Part shown: one piece after another, positions 39,803 to 49,778 of the stretch
Position numbering within the stretch: position 1 is the first letter of the stretch
How the letters are laid out: each line of letters starts with the position of its first letter
NCBI GenBank assembly: GCA_963832745.1
Contig: CAWHVC010000002.1
Location: 404,684 to 468,683, forward strand
DNA length: 64,000 nucleotides
Reading direction: 5' to 3'
Source of the DNA: Candidatus Bathyarchaeota archaeon
Lineage (GTDB): Archaea; Thermoproteota; Bathyarchaeia; Bathyarchaeales; Bathycorpusculaceae
Translations under genes and position numbers: made by a program
The notes under the pieces: generated by a model
Databases searched by the model: none
Told to the model about the DNA's origin: nothing
The model's input: the letters and a program-made list of their open reading frames with translations, nothing else

Positions 39803-40261
39803 TCAATCACTGCCACCTTTAGGCTTAACCTTCCTAAACAATGCCGTACCCTCAACAAAAAACAGCCCCATAGCCACCGCCGTCATGCCTGTCAAAAAAT
39901 AGAAACTCGCCTCAATAACTAAATCCTTAATTAGCAAACTAAGCACTAGAATACTTACTTCTGCGGCGAACGCGCCCATAAAAAAGAAGGAGTAAAACAT
40001 CAAGCGGGGCACAAGGTTTTTGCCGACCCACACGTGTCCGTTGATGTTTGCTTTCTCCTTAAGGACATAATCGCCATAGACTGTTTTTTCAATTAATCCC
40101 ATGCCTTCAAGCTTCTGCAATTGCCGATGAGCAACGCTGGTGCTGCTTAAATCTGCTCCACGTGTAACATCTCTGGTTCCCACTGGCTTATCCGAATGAA
40201 CAATGTACGCGTAGACCGCTAAAGTGTTGCCCTCTAAAGTGTCAGTTGATGCGCCAGCCAT
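39803..40261 (-). CDS. Membrane-anchored winged-HTH regulator
   Basis: LEGNTLAVY.YI....PVGTRDV.RG..LSSTSVAHRQLQKLE.MGLIEK...GDY, followed by two TMs. Confidence 0.8.
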   Translation of the reverse strand: MAGASTDTLEGNTLAVYAYIVHSDKPVGTRDVTRGADLSSTSVAHRQLQKLEGMGLIEKTVYGDYVLKEKANINGHVWVGKNLVPRLMFYSFFFMGAFAAEVSILVLSLLIKDLVIEASFYFLTGMTAVAMGLFFVEGTALFRKVKPKGGSD

Positions 40262-40275
40262 GCCCTTTGACTCCT

Positions 40276-41004
40276 TTAAGGCATCATTTCCATTGGGGAC
40301 AACGGGTTAATCTTGTCTAGTTCCTGCATTGGAATATCGGTATTGTAAAGGTAGCCATCGCGGTAACGTGTTAAATCAAATTGCATTATTGGTTCTGGGT
40401 TCTCGTCAAGAATAATCTGCGTTGAATTTATGGTGCGTATCATTGAGTTTTCACGGTATATTTTCATTGTAAGTGATTGTGGTGCACCAGTGGTAAGATT
40501 CCAGTTGTTATCATAGCCGTTTCTGTAGATTTTAGATGTTCCATTGCTCCATGCGCTTGTGGCTTCTGCTGTAGCTTTGTCATCCGTCTCAATATTGCTC
40601 CAGTCCATAAGGAAGGATGTGATATTGTCGATTTTGTTATTTTGATTGATGCCTGAAGGTGATATGGCGTAAGACCGCAGGGTAATATTTCCTATTGACA
40701 CTTTATCTGTGTATATTTCTGCTCTGTAAGTTTCAGCGTAAGCAACTAAGTCATCTGTTAAATCAAATTTTGGTGACGTCTTAAAGCAGACCATGAATGC
40801 TGCTCCACTGGTGTCGTTTGTTAGTGTGTTGTTATCCCACACGTTACGGACGTAAGCGTATGGCATGTCAAAATTAAAGGTGGGTCTAGTAACTGCTGGC
40901 TGCGCTGAGGCTGGGGTCATCAGAAATATTAAAGGTGTGATCGTTGTGATTCCGATTGTGACTGCAAAGATGCTGCATAGGATTAGTTTCTTTTCAAACT
41001 GCAT
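40276..41004 (-). CDS. Secreted or membrane-anchored hypothetical protein
   Basis: KKLILCSIFAVTIGI..I.PL signal anchor; C-terminal DGYLYNT. Confidence 0.75.
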   Translation of the reverse strand: MQFEKKLILCSIFAVTIGITTITPLIFLMTPASAQPAVTRPTFNFDMPYAYVRNVWDNNTLTNDTSGAAFMVCFKTSPKFDLTDDLVAYAETYRAEIYTDKVSIGNITLRSYAISPSGINQNNKIDNITSFLMDWSNIETDDKATAEATSAWSNGTSKIYRNGYDNNWNLTTGAPQSLTMKIYRENSMIRTINSTQIILDENPEPIMQFDLTRYRDGYLYNTDIPMQELDKINPLSPMEMMP

Positions 41005-41040
41005 TTATGGTTCTTCACCACTCCAGTAAGCAGTAGAATG

Positions 41041-41086
41041 GCAATATATTTCTCACTATAGAACAAAACTGTTCTTCTAGAGAACA
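41041..41086 (-). promoter_or_regulatory. Promoter/operator motif, copy A (TATA-like AAATATATTG plus AGAACA/TGTTCT half-sites)
   Basis: gcaatatatttctcactatagaacaaaactgttcttctagagaaca; closely similar copy at 45793-45838. Confidence 0.7.
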
Positions 41087-41195
41087 ACAGCTTAAGGGGT
41101 ATCACGTTAAGGGAGTAATTTATGGAACCAAACTCTGCCTTTAGTCAGGACTTCTTTAGATAGTTCCAACTTTATCTTTCAGATTTGGTAGTTGT

Positions 41196-41702
41196 TCAAA
41201 GTGTTTTTTGTTTTCTCCGATTAATGATTAACAGCGTGACTGATGAAAGGATACCGACACTCACTATCGCTAATGAGAGCATTAGCAGGTCTTGTTCAAA
41301 ACCGGAAAAAGTCAAAGTCATCTTAACAGTAGTAGCATTATCTTCTTGCAAATGAACCAAAACAGCATAACTGCCTCTGCCCGTAGGTTGCTCGCTATAA
41401 GCACCCTCAGTAATATTCTCATACGACCAACCTGTATTAATTGACTTGTCAATATTCCATTGTTTTACAGCCGCATCATCCAAAATATATGCGCTAACAG
41501 TATTATTTGCCCTAATATTAACGCTAAAATCTCTGTCAAACATTAAGAAATCGGGGTACAAAACCCATCCGCTAGTAGCTCCCTCTATGTCATTACCAAA
41601 GTTCAGGTTTTTTGGCATCGAATTGCTTCTAACTGCCGTAGCAACTAATAAAGACAAACCGACCAGAAAGACAATCAAACCCAATCTCAAACTTTTTTTC
41701 AT
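41196..41702 (-). CDS. Two-TM membrane protein with an extracellular beta domain
   Basis: N- and C-terminal TMs; resembles the N-terminal domain of 41717-43093 (Y.LD....QW, RG.Y). Confidence 0.7.
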   Translation of the reverse strand: MKKSLRLGLIVFLVGLSLLVATAVRSNSMPKNLNFGNDIEGATSGWVLYPDFLMFDRDFSVNIRANNTVSAYILDDAAVKQWNIDKSINTGWSYENITEGAYSEQPTGRGSYAVLVHLQEDNATTVKMTLTFSGFEQDLLMLSLAIVSVGILSSVTLLIINRRKQKTL

Positions 41703-41716
41703 TGTAATATACCTCT

Positions 41717-43093
41717 TTAGTCAATCTCCATTTTACGTGTAAAATAAACAAATGAAAAAGTAAACATCAAAACCGAAATACCCGCAACAACAAAAACGCT
41801 AGAGAGTCCATCAATCAACGGTGTAGACGATGAACCGCCATAAACGTACTGACGAGCAAAAGTAAACCCTGTTGTAAATCGGCCTGTAAAAGAAACAAGG
41901 CTTTCGCTGGAAGCAATGCTTTCAATGCCGAAAAGCAGAAGTGCAGAGGCTAAAATTGAGAGAACCTCATTTTTAGTAACTATCGACAAAGCAGTTGATA
42001 GAGTGCAAACTAGAGAAAGTTGAAGAAGCACAAGTAGTACTGAAGCATAAAACATTGGTTCAAAAGGATTAAGCGCTAAAAGAGGAATCTGTAGCGCAAA
42101 CACGCCAACATAAACAATAGAGAGGACAGCGAATAGGGCGATGAATTTTGATAAAAACAATTTGCTTCGTTGCACTGGATATGAAAGAACCATTTTTGTC
42201 TCTCCCCTAGAAATGCCGCCCGCGTAACTATGGCAGAACAGGACGCCGGTAATGAATATGAGGAAAAGAAAAATTGGCTGAATCCCTGAAGTTAGATTAA
42301 AATAACTAGACGCTGGCGAGACCTCAAGGATAGTAGGAGTTAAAACCGTCAAAACTGCTATCACCAGTATAACTTCTAACATGGGAAACGCAAAACATTC
42401 CTCCAACTCCCAAACCAAAAGCCTACGCAACTGGCCCCCAACCCTTGACTTGCCCAAACCTTTGGCAGAAGGAACACTCGACACAACGTTTTGAGACAGC
42501 AAAACAGTGTCACTACCCATATTGTTGTCTTTTTTTAGCCTTGCAGCGATAGACGACTGTTTGGTTTTGCTTTGAAACATTACCTTGGAAGCTACAGTAA
42601 TAACTAAACCTGCGGATAGTGTTGTTACTGAAATCCACAGCAAATCACTCTCATACCCATACAATTTTGGGAATATTCGCCCGTTTAGGCTTGAATTGTC
42701 AGGGCTAATAAATAGTAAATAATAGTCCCCTCTGTAAGGGATTTGAGTGTTTAAGGTGGCTGTAGAGGAGACATTTTTAGCAGACCAAATGGGTTCAATC
42801 ACTTTTTCTGACTGCCAAAGCTCGCTGCCTTTAGTGTCAAGAAGATAAACATCCACTGATGAAATGGGTTTCAATTTAGCGAATGCATCATAATAGGTAA
42901 AGTTTAATGATAATTCATAGTTGCGTGGTGACAACGAAAAAGGCCCACCAAAAGAAGTACTCGCCGTCCCCCAGCAACCTGTCTCGCCGCCAGAATTCCA
43001 GGTGCTTCGGTAAATGGTTCCTGCTAAGAAAGAGGAGCCAATGACTAAGAGCATTAGGCCAATTGTTGTGAATAGTTGAGATTTGTTTTTCAT
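41717..43093 (-). CDS. ABC-2 type permease with an N-terminal extracellular domain
   Basis: RGE.K..LSYPV.R...FLSKF motif; multiple TMs; C-terminal FTRKMEID. Confidence 0.85.
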   Translation of the reverse strand: MKNKSQLFTTIGLMLLVIGSSFLAGTIYRSTWNSGGETGCWGTASTSFGGPFSLSPRNYELSLNFTYYDAFAKLKPISSVDVYLLDTKGSELWQSEKVIEPIWSAKNVSSTATLNTQIPYRGDYYLLFISPDNSSLNGRIFPKLYGYESDLLWISVTTLSAGLVITVASKVMFQSKTKQSSIAARLKKDNNMGSDTVLLSQNVVSSVPSAKGLGKSRVGGQLRRLLVWELEECFAFPMLEVILVIAVLTVLTPTILEVSPASSYFNLTSGIQPIFLFLIFITGVLFCHSYAGGISRGETKMVLSYPVQRSKLFLSKFIALFAVLSIVYVGVFALQIPLLALNPFEPMFYASVLLVLLQLSLVCTLSTALSIVTKNEVLSILASALLLFGIESIASSESLVSFTGRFTTGFTFARQYVYGGSSSTPLIDGLSSVFVVAGISVLMFTFSFVYFTRKMEID

Positions 43094-43844
43094 TTAGTCA
43101 ACCTCCATTTTACGAGTAAAATAGACAAAAACAATCGTTAGCACAGCAACAGCAGTTACGAGCGGAAACGCTATTGAACCCGTGAACTGCTCAAACGTAA
43201 CTGGTAGTGAGCCACTACATATGAGAGCCAGGGTGAGTTATTTGTTCAAAATACCCAAAAATATTGCTGAATCTGCCAATAGACCTAAAGATGTCGTTGA
43301 AACTAAATGCGTTATCAAGTCCAAAAACAAACAGAAAAGAAACAACAATAGAAATTAATTCGCTTTTAGCTATCATGGAAATGCCCACTGAAACGGCACA
43401 GACAAAAAGTAACTGCAGAAATATTGTAAATAACGAAACATAAAACATGGGTTCCAGCAGACTTATAGCGTTAATGTAAAGATTCATTGAGTATGCCGAT
43501 GCATATATGCCAAAAATTATTAGGTTAAGGGCAACTACTTTTGATATGTAAATTTGCCAGCGCTTAACCGGGTAAGACAACATTCTCTTTAGGTCGCCTC
43601 TTCCAAAGCTGCCTGCAAAACTGTGTGAGAACAAAGTGCAAGTAACAAGGGTTAAAATAAGAAAAATAGTGTATGCACCCGTAAATAAATCGCCGTAATT
43701 ATGACTGGATCCTGTGATGGCTTTTGATTGAACTAAAACTGCAAGTATTGCTGAGGCAACAATTAAAGAAAGTACAGGCAGGTTTAGGGAGTTTTCTATT
43801 TCCCAAATAAACAGTCGAGAAAAAGTCTTTGGTGCGGGTTTCAT
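43094..43844 (-). CDS. ABC-2 type permease, frameshifted at about 43220
   Basis: RGDLK.MLSYPVKRW..YISK. The alternate frame continues to FVYFTRKMEVD-stop at 43094, matching the paralogue. Confidence 0.82.
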
Positions 43845-44764
43845 CGTTTTTCCCCAACTGTTTGAGTGTAAATTTCTTCAAGTGAACCCAAGGTTTGCTG
43901 GAAACCTTTTAGTTGCAGTTTAAGTTCGAAGGCTATTTTTGGGATTTCTGCACAAAAAACTTCAGGATTGTTTACCTTGCAGAATATTTTGCCGTTTTCA
44001 ATCCATACTTTGTCGATTGCGTCTAGTTTTTGGAGTGCTGTGGTGAATTGTTGGGGGTTTGATACTTCAATTTTGTAAATGTTAGCCGAATACTTTTCTG
44101 TCAGGTTATTCATGTAACCTTGGTCTATGGTTTTTCCTTGGTCAATTACGATGAGGTAGTTGCAGATTTTTTCTAGGTCGCTTAGTATATGGGTGGATAT
44201 AAGAAAACTGGTGTCGCGTTTTTCGTGCATTTCTTTAATTTTTTCTAAGATGGTGATTCGCCCTATGGGGTCAATGTTTGCGGTGGGTTCGTCAAGTATT
44301 GCCAATTCCGGATTGCCTATTAGGGCTTGGGCTAGGCCTAGTCGTTTGAACATGCCTGCAGAATAAGTTTTTATGGGTTTGTCCTGCGCGTGAGTTAAGT
44401 CTACATCGTTAAGTAGTTCGTCTATGGTTTGGTCGATTTGAGTTATACCATAGAGTTTTGCTACGTGCGTTAGGAAGCGTCTGGCGCTAAAACTGCCGGG
44501 GTAGGCGTTGGTTTCATGCATTACGCCTAATTTTTGTCTTATTTCGAAAGAATTTTTCCAACAATCCAAACCAAACACTGTGGCTTGGCCTTTGTTAGCC
44601 TTGATTAATCCTAAGAGTACACCGATGGTTGTGGTTTTGCCTGACCCGTTTTTGCCTACAAACCCCGAAATACCCTTTGGAATTTGCATAGTTAACTCAT
44701 TTAATGCAGATACTTTTCCAAAAGTTTTCACAATATTAATAGTTTCTACAACAAATTCTTCCAA
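43841..44764 (-). CDS. ABC transporter ATP-binding protein
   Basis: GKNGSGKTT, YSAGM, ILDEPT, STH. Confidence 0.95.
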   Translation of the reverse strand: MEEFVVETINIVKTFGKVSALNELTMQIPKGISGFVGKNGSGKTTTIGVLLGLIKANKGQATVFGLDCWKNSFEIRQKLGVMHETNAYPGSFSARRFLTHVAKLYGITQIDQTIDELLNDVDLTHAQDKPIKTYSAGMFKRLGLAQALIGNPELAILDEPTANIDPIGRITILEKIKEMHEKRDTSFLISTHILSDLEKICNYLIVIDQGKTIDQGYMNNLTEKYSANIYKIEVSNPQQFTTALQKLDAIDKVWIENGKIFCKVNNPEVFCAEIPKIAFELKLQLKGFQQTLGSLEEIYTQTVGEKR

Positions 44765-44777
44765 TCAAAATCCCCCT

Positions 44778-45664
44778 TTAGTTTTCCTTTTTCTTACGTT
44801 TAATTAGTAAAGTTGCAACCAGCAAAACAATTGCAATAGGAATTATGGAGTACTGTAGAATTTGGTTCCAGTTTATTTCTGAATGCTCAGGCCCCAAGTC
44901 AATGTTTGTCTCAGAAACCATCCCAACAATGCCAAAGGAAATGCCGACTGCTGCAAAGATGGGATCCCAAAAAAGTATGCCCAGCTCACACAAAGGCCAG
45001 TATCCAAATCATAAGTTAAACCAAGCATCAAAGGGTTATTCTTAATTGTAACAGATGAACCTGCTCGAAAAGTGTACTGTTTTCCCTCTTCAGAAACCGT
45101 TACGGCAGTTGTTATTGTTTCAGAACCTTCTTCCCATATAATTATTTCTTGGCCATTGTTTGGGTTTGCAGGCAACCACAGATGTGTTGTACCCAAAAAC
45201 ACTCCATCAGCATTATACACTCCCCTTGTGTAGAGATCAACATAAACCTCAGTCGTACGTTGCACAGGTATCTCTTTAGAAGAATTATTAATCCACTCTA
45301 AATTTTCCTTATGAAAATTTAGGGTTCCAACGTAGTCAATCGTAACCTGCAACTTTGCCATAGTATCATTAACACTTACACACTGCCATGTCAAACTAGA
45401 ACTATTAGTCTCAAGAACAGCGTCTACTTGTTGATTTGGTAGCGTGTAATTGGTTCCGGCAAACTTGGGATTAGATAAATCAAAAAAACCCATAGCACCT
45501 AAACTATTACTACCTGGGAGGTAGGCTTCGTATTTTACGTATGCGCCTTCTTTTAGCCATGAAGGTGGAAAAGCGTCTCTTGCAGTGGCAATTGGAACAA
45601 AAAAGCTTACACAAAAACATAGTGTCAACACTAAAACTAGAAATTTGCGTGCTTCTGTCACCAT
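44778..45664 (-). CDS. Secreted, C-terminally anchored hypothetical protein, frameshifted at about 44990
   Basis: Signal peptide, PSWLKEGAYVKY, YDLDTG. It continues in the 44778-44993 frame to a TM and basic tail. Confidence 0.7.
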
Positions 45665-45792
45665 TTATACACACCGCCTGTCGCTTGGTTCGTTGATTGT
45701 GCTGTTGCGGGAGTTATTAAAAACGCCAAAGGTGCTAGTTTCTTGTCTAACTGCATTTTTGGTTTTTCACCGCTTCAGTTAGCGGTAAAGTT

Positions 45793-45838
45793 GCAATATA
45801 TTTCTCTCTACAGAACAAGATTGTTCTCCCAGAGAACA
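45793..45838 (-). promoter_or_regulatory. Promoter/operator motif, copy B
   Basis: gcaatatatttctctctacagaacaagattgttctcccagagaaca, upstream of the 45664-41196 operon. Confidence 0.7.
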
Positions 45839-45900
45839 CGCCAGCAAATTACAGTTAGGTTTAAACTCTCCCAAACAAACCATACCTTGAGGCTTTTTTA

Positions 45901-46104
45901 GTGAATAATCGGTGGGTACCCGTTTTTGTTGCCGCAATATTTTTTGTTTTAGCATTCTTAATTCTGTTTCAGCAAAAGATGACCTTCGGTGTGTGGTTTC
46001 AGGTGGGCGATTTGCATCATGAAACCTTCGCCATAGCCTCCGCAGCTTTAGGCGTCGGCATACTCATCGGCGCAATCCTAACCGGAGCAGAAGAAAAAAA
46101 TTAG
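45901..46104 (+). CDS. Small two-TM membrane protein
   Basis: Two TMs around a WFQ..DLHHE loop. Confidence 0.65.
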   Translation: MNNRWVPVFVAAIFFVLAFLILFQQKMTFGVWFQVGDLHHETFAIASAALGVGILIGAILTGAEEKN

Positions 46105-46580
46105 CAACCCGCCAGTTTCAACGTTAAAGCCGCCACACGACTACCCAACATTTCACATTCCACAAGGTCATTTGGTTTAGGTTCGCCTTCAACAGAAACC
46201 CCATAATGCTTATCCTCCGACCGGCCCTGCACAATCATGCCGTGAATAAGCATCGCCTCAATAATAGACAAAAGCGTGGTTTCTCCGCCACTGGCTAACC
46301 CGCCACTGCTTGCAAACGCGCCACCCACTTTGCCTTCCAGCTTATGATACACTTTAACCGAGTCATCAACGAGATGCTTAAGTTTAGCCGACATTTGCCC
46401 AAAATACACTGGTGAACCCATAACGATGCCGTCAGCCCCCAGCAAGTCTTCAGGCATAGTTTGCTCAGCCTTCTTCACCAAAACTTGTGCGCCAGCTTTC
46501 TCTGCGCCTTTAGCTACTGCAAAAGCCATCTTTTCCGTGTGACCAGTTTTAGAGTCATAAACAACTAAAATTTTAACCAT
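46101..46580 (-). CDS. Flavodoxin-like/WrbA-type flavoprotein
   Basis: YDSKTGHTEKMA, GSPVYFG, GKVGGAF.SSG..SGGETT. Confidence 0.9.
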   Translation of the reverse strand: MVKILVVYDSKTGHTEKMAFAVAKGAEKAGAQVLVKKAEQTMPEDLLGADGIVMGSPVYFGQMSAKLKHLVDDSVKVYHKLEGKVGGAFASSGGLASGGETTLLSIIEAMLIHGMIVQGRSEDKHYGVSVEGEPKPNDLVECEMLGSRVAALTLKLAGC

Positions 46581-46701
46581 AACACAAAACCACTTGGCTA
46601 AAGTTTTTTCTTGTAATTAGCTCTTTTGTTTTCTGTTTTGCTACACAAGTTTTTAGGTAAACGTTTAAAATCGGTTGAACCCCATTGGGTTTTGATATGC
46701 A

Positions 46702-47844
46702 ATGAAACGTTGGGCTTTACTTTTAGTTTTCCTGTTAGCCTTTGCCGTTTTCTTACCTGTCCTATCACGGTACATGAGCGGAGTCGAGGCTGAACCCGAC
46801 GAATTCTATTTCGGCGTCTCTTTTGGCGGAGAACACGCAGAAGAAGCATTACCCTTAATCGACAAAGTCAAAGACTACACCAACCTAATCCTCATCAATT
46901 CATGGAACATAACCACAAACCAAACCGCCCTCAACATGGTCTGCGATTACGCCGCTGCTTCAGGCATAAAATTCATAGTTTACTTTGACTTCATTTCACG
47001 AATCGTCTATCCGTGGCATCAGCAATGGCTCGACACAGCAAAGCAGCGATGGGGTGACAGCTTCTTAGGAATTCATTTGCGTGATGAGCCTGGCGGTAAA
47101 CAAATCGAAACCCTTGACACTGTCGCGAACGCGTCAAGTTATGCTGATGCTGCTCAACAGTATGTATCCTCAATTTCGTCATACAGTAGCATGTCAGACG
47201 CCAAAAGTAGAGGCATTCACCTTTACACTTCAGACTTTGTTCTGTACTGGTGGGATTACCTTGCAGGTTACGACACAGTTTTTACTGAGCTTGGCTGGAA
47301 CATGAGCACAAACCGCCAAATCGCCCTTTGCCGGGGAGCAGCTACCGTGCAGGGAAAGGATTGGGGCGCAATAATCACCTACAAGACTGACACGCCACCC
47401 TACCTGGCAAGCGCCGACGAAATTTACCGTGACATGATTTCGGCTTACCGTGCAGGCGCCAAATACGTTGTAATCTTCAACTACCCCACATACCCAGACG
47501 GCAACCCTTACGGTATCCTCTCCGACGCAGATTTATTGGCGATGCAACAGTTCTGGCAATACACCCAAACATACTCCCGAGCAGCTTACGGCACAATAAA
47601 AGCCGACACGGCACTGGTTCTGCCGGCGGATTACGGTTGGGGCATGAGACGCAGTAGTTACATTACAGAGGACAAAATTTGGGGGCTCTGGCCTGAAGAC
47701 GCCAAGTCACCGAAAATCCTAAGTAACGTGCAGTGGCTGGAAACACGGAGCAATCTGCAGTTTGACATAGTCTACGAGACTCCCGGAATTGATTATTCAG
47801 CGCTGTATTCGAGGGTGATTTACTGGAACGCAACCCTGCCCTAA
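46702..47844 (+). CDS. Secreted hypothetical protein with a possible glycoside hydrolase-like TIM barrel
   Basis: Signal anchor; FLGIHLRDEPGG, YTSD..LYWWDY.AGYD.V..ELGWN, WGAII, DYGWGMR. Confidence 0.65.
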   Translation: MKRWALLLVFLLAFAVFLPVLSRYMSGVEAEPDEFYFGVSFGGEHAEEALPLIDKVKDYTNLILINSWNITTNQTALNMVCDYAAASGIKFIVYFDFISRIVYPWHQQWLDTAKQRWGDSFLGIHLRDEPGGKQIETLDTVANASSYADAAQQYVSSISSYSSMSDAKSRGIHLYTSDFVLYWWDYLAGYDTVFTELGWNMSTNRQIALCRGAATVQGKDWGAIITYKTDTPPYLASADEIYRDMISAYRAGAKYVVIFNYPTYPDGNPYGILSDADLLAMQQFWQYTQTYSRAAYGTIKADTALVLPADYGWGMRRSSYITEDKIWGLWPEDAKSPKILSNVQWLETRSNLQFDIVYETPGIDYSALYSRVIYWNATLP

Positions 47845-47851
47845 CCGAACA

Positions 47852-48427
47852 TTAATCTGTGGTGGACCTGACAAAGTTCTCAATAATCTGGTTTACTGTC
47901 AAGATTTTGGCGCTGTACACTGTTTCTAAATATTTTAGTCCCTGTTCATGGTCTTGTTCTGTGAATGCTTCTACGCCGTCACTGGCAACAACAATACGGT
48001 AGCCACGGAAAAACGCGTCTGCAGCTGTATGCCGTATACAGATGTGCGTGTGTAAACCGCCAAAAATTAGTGTTTTGGCGCCTTCTTCTTTATAGAGACC
48101 TCGCAGTACGGAGTCTAAGTCTGTTTCGTAAAAGCCGCTGTAGGTGCGTTTTTCTACAATGTAGTCTTTGTTTGAGTCTGGAGTTAGTTCAGGGATTACT
48201 TCTGCGCCTTGGGTGCCTTTTATGGCGTGTTGTCCCCATTTACGGGTGACCTCTATGTCTTGCGGGTAATGGGCGTCGTTGCTGTAAATGATTGGTACAT
48301 TGTTTAAGTGCGCTGCAACAACCAAGCGTTGTAATGCAGGTATAATGTGTTTGGCGCGTTTAATTTCCAGTTTGCCCGTGACGAAATCGTTAAGCATGTC
48401 AACTAAAATTATTGCTGGTCGAATCAA
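47852..48427 (-). CDS. Isochorismatase/nicotinamidase-family cysteine hydrolase
   Basis: VDMLNDFV, DAH, WG.HA, EKRTYSGF, THICIRHTA.DA. Confidence 0.92.
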   Translation of the reverse strand: MIRPAIILVDMLNDFVTGKLEIKRAKHIIPALQRLVVAAHLNNVPIIYSNDAHYPQDIEVTRKWGQHAIKGTQGAEVIPELTPDSNKDYIVEKRTYSGFYETDLDSVLRGLYKEEGAKTLIFGGLHTHICIRHTAADAFFRGYRIVVASDGVEAFTEQDHEQGLKYLETVYSAKILTVNQIIENFVRSTTD

Positions 48428-48482
48428 AAAATAAGGCCTTCTCTAAAAAAAGGAAGCTTAAACACGCATTTTAGGTTTTACT

Positions 48483-49553
48483 TTATCTTTGAGTCTGCAG
48501 CGTGTAAGCGGCGTTTGTGAGTTTTTCTGCCCCATTTTCTGTTACCAGCACGGTATCTTCAATTCGGATTCCACCAAACCCTACAATGTAGATTCCCGGC
48601 TCAACCGTAACGACATTGCCGACCTCCAGAACATCTTTACTGTCAGGACTTAAAGTTGGCGCTTCATGAATATCCAAACCAACACCGTGGCCTAAATTAT
48701 GCACGAAACAGTCCCCAAAACCAGCCATTCCAATGATGCCCCGCGCGGTTGCATCCACTTCAACAGCTTTTATACCTGCTTTTATTGCTTTGACTGCTAA
48801 ATCTTGCGCGGCTTTAACGGTGCCGTAGATTTCTTGTTGTTTACTGCTGATTTTGCCTGCGGTAATAGTTCGAGTTATATCCGACCGGTAACCCCCCACA
48901 GTCGCGCCAAGGTCCACAACGACTAAGTCGCCATCTTCAATGGTTCTGCATTTGCATGTTCCATGGGGAAAAGCGCAGTTAGCGCCTGAAGAGATGATGG
49001 TATCAAACGCTGTTCCACTTGAACCCTGCTTACGCATGACATACTCAACTTCTGCTGCAACTTCTTGTTCACTGACTCCAGGTTCAACGATTTCATAAGC
49101 AGTGTTTATACCTACGTCGGCAAGTTTGCAGGCTTCACGGATAAGCTCAATCTCGTCAGGCGTCTTAACAGCCCGAAGCATTTTGATTACGTTACTTGCT
49201 GCTACAAGACTGTTTTCGTCTCCGACTGCTTTGGCTAAAACTCTCCAGCTTTCAATGTTTAGGCTATCAACCGCGAGTTTGGCGTTTGCAGAAACATTAG
49301 CGTCTTGGCTGATTTTTTGGAAAAGGTTTTCTCCACGCTTTAATTTTTCAACTTTTACATCGTTGACTTCATGTGTTGCCTGTTCATAATTGGTTCCTGA
49401 AACGTATAGTGTGCTTTGGCCGTCTTTGGGAATTAAAAGGGCTATTGCACCGCCAAAACCTGTAAAGTATGATATATTTGTGCTGTTTAGAATTAGAAAG
49501 TTAGCTGTGTCTTGTGGAAACTGGTTTTTTAGTTTAACAGTGTGGTTGTTCAA
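48483..49553 (-). CDS. Xaa-Pro peptidase (M24B)
   Basis: LRAVKT..EI, PHG, DLG, SDITRT, HNLGHGVGLDIHE, TVEPGIY, GIRIED. Confidence 0.93.
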   Translation of the reverse strand: MNNHTVKLKNQFPQDTANFLILNSTNISYFTGFGGAIALLIPKDGQSTLYVSGTNYEQATHEVNDVKVEKLKRGENLFQKISQDANVSANAKLAVDSLNIESWRVLAKAVGDENSLVAASNVIKMLRAVKTPDEIELIREACKLADVGINTAYEIVEPGVSEQEVAAEVEYVMRKQGSSGTAFDTIISSGANCAFPHGTCKCRTIEDGDLVVVDLGATVGGYRSDITRTITAGKISSKQQEIYGTVKAAQDLAVKAIKAGIKAVEVDATARGIIGMAGFGDCFVHNLGHGVGLDIHEAPTLSPDSKDVLEVGNVVTVEPGIYIVGFGGIRIEDTVLVTENGAEKLTNAAYTLQTQR

Positions 49554-49778
49554 GTGTCTGCGCCTGTTTGCTGATTTGATGATGCATGTGTGGTTTTAAG
49601 TTTTGCTTCCCTAACGCAGCGGTGTTAAAGCTAAACTTGTTTTGCTTTTCTATTGGTTTTGTTTGCTCTTGCTTTTTCAAAAATTGGTTAATTTTGCTTG
49701 GAAATTTTAGATTCATTCGGAATTAAGTTAATATATTGTACAACTACTTTTTTCGTAGTCAGAGGGAAATTTGGTAAC

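Noticed and set aside
39643-39858. 71-aa hydrophobic ORF overlapping the HTH-TM gene end
   Set aside because: The V/G/W-rich translation reflects local G/T skew on that strand; there is no supporting start context.
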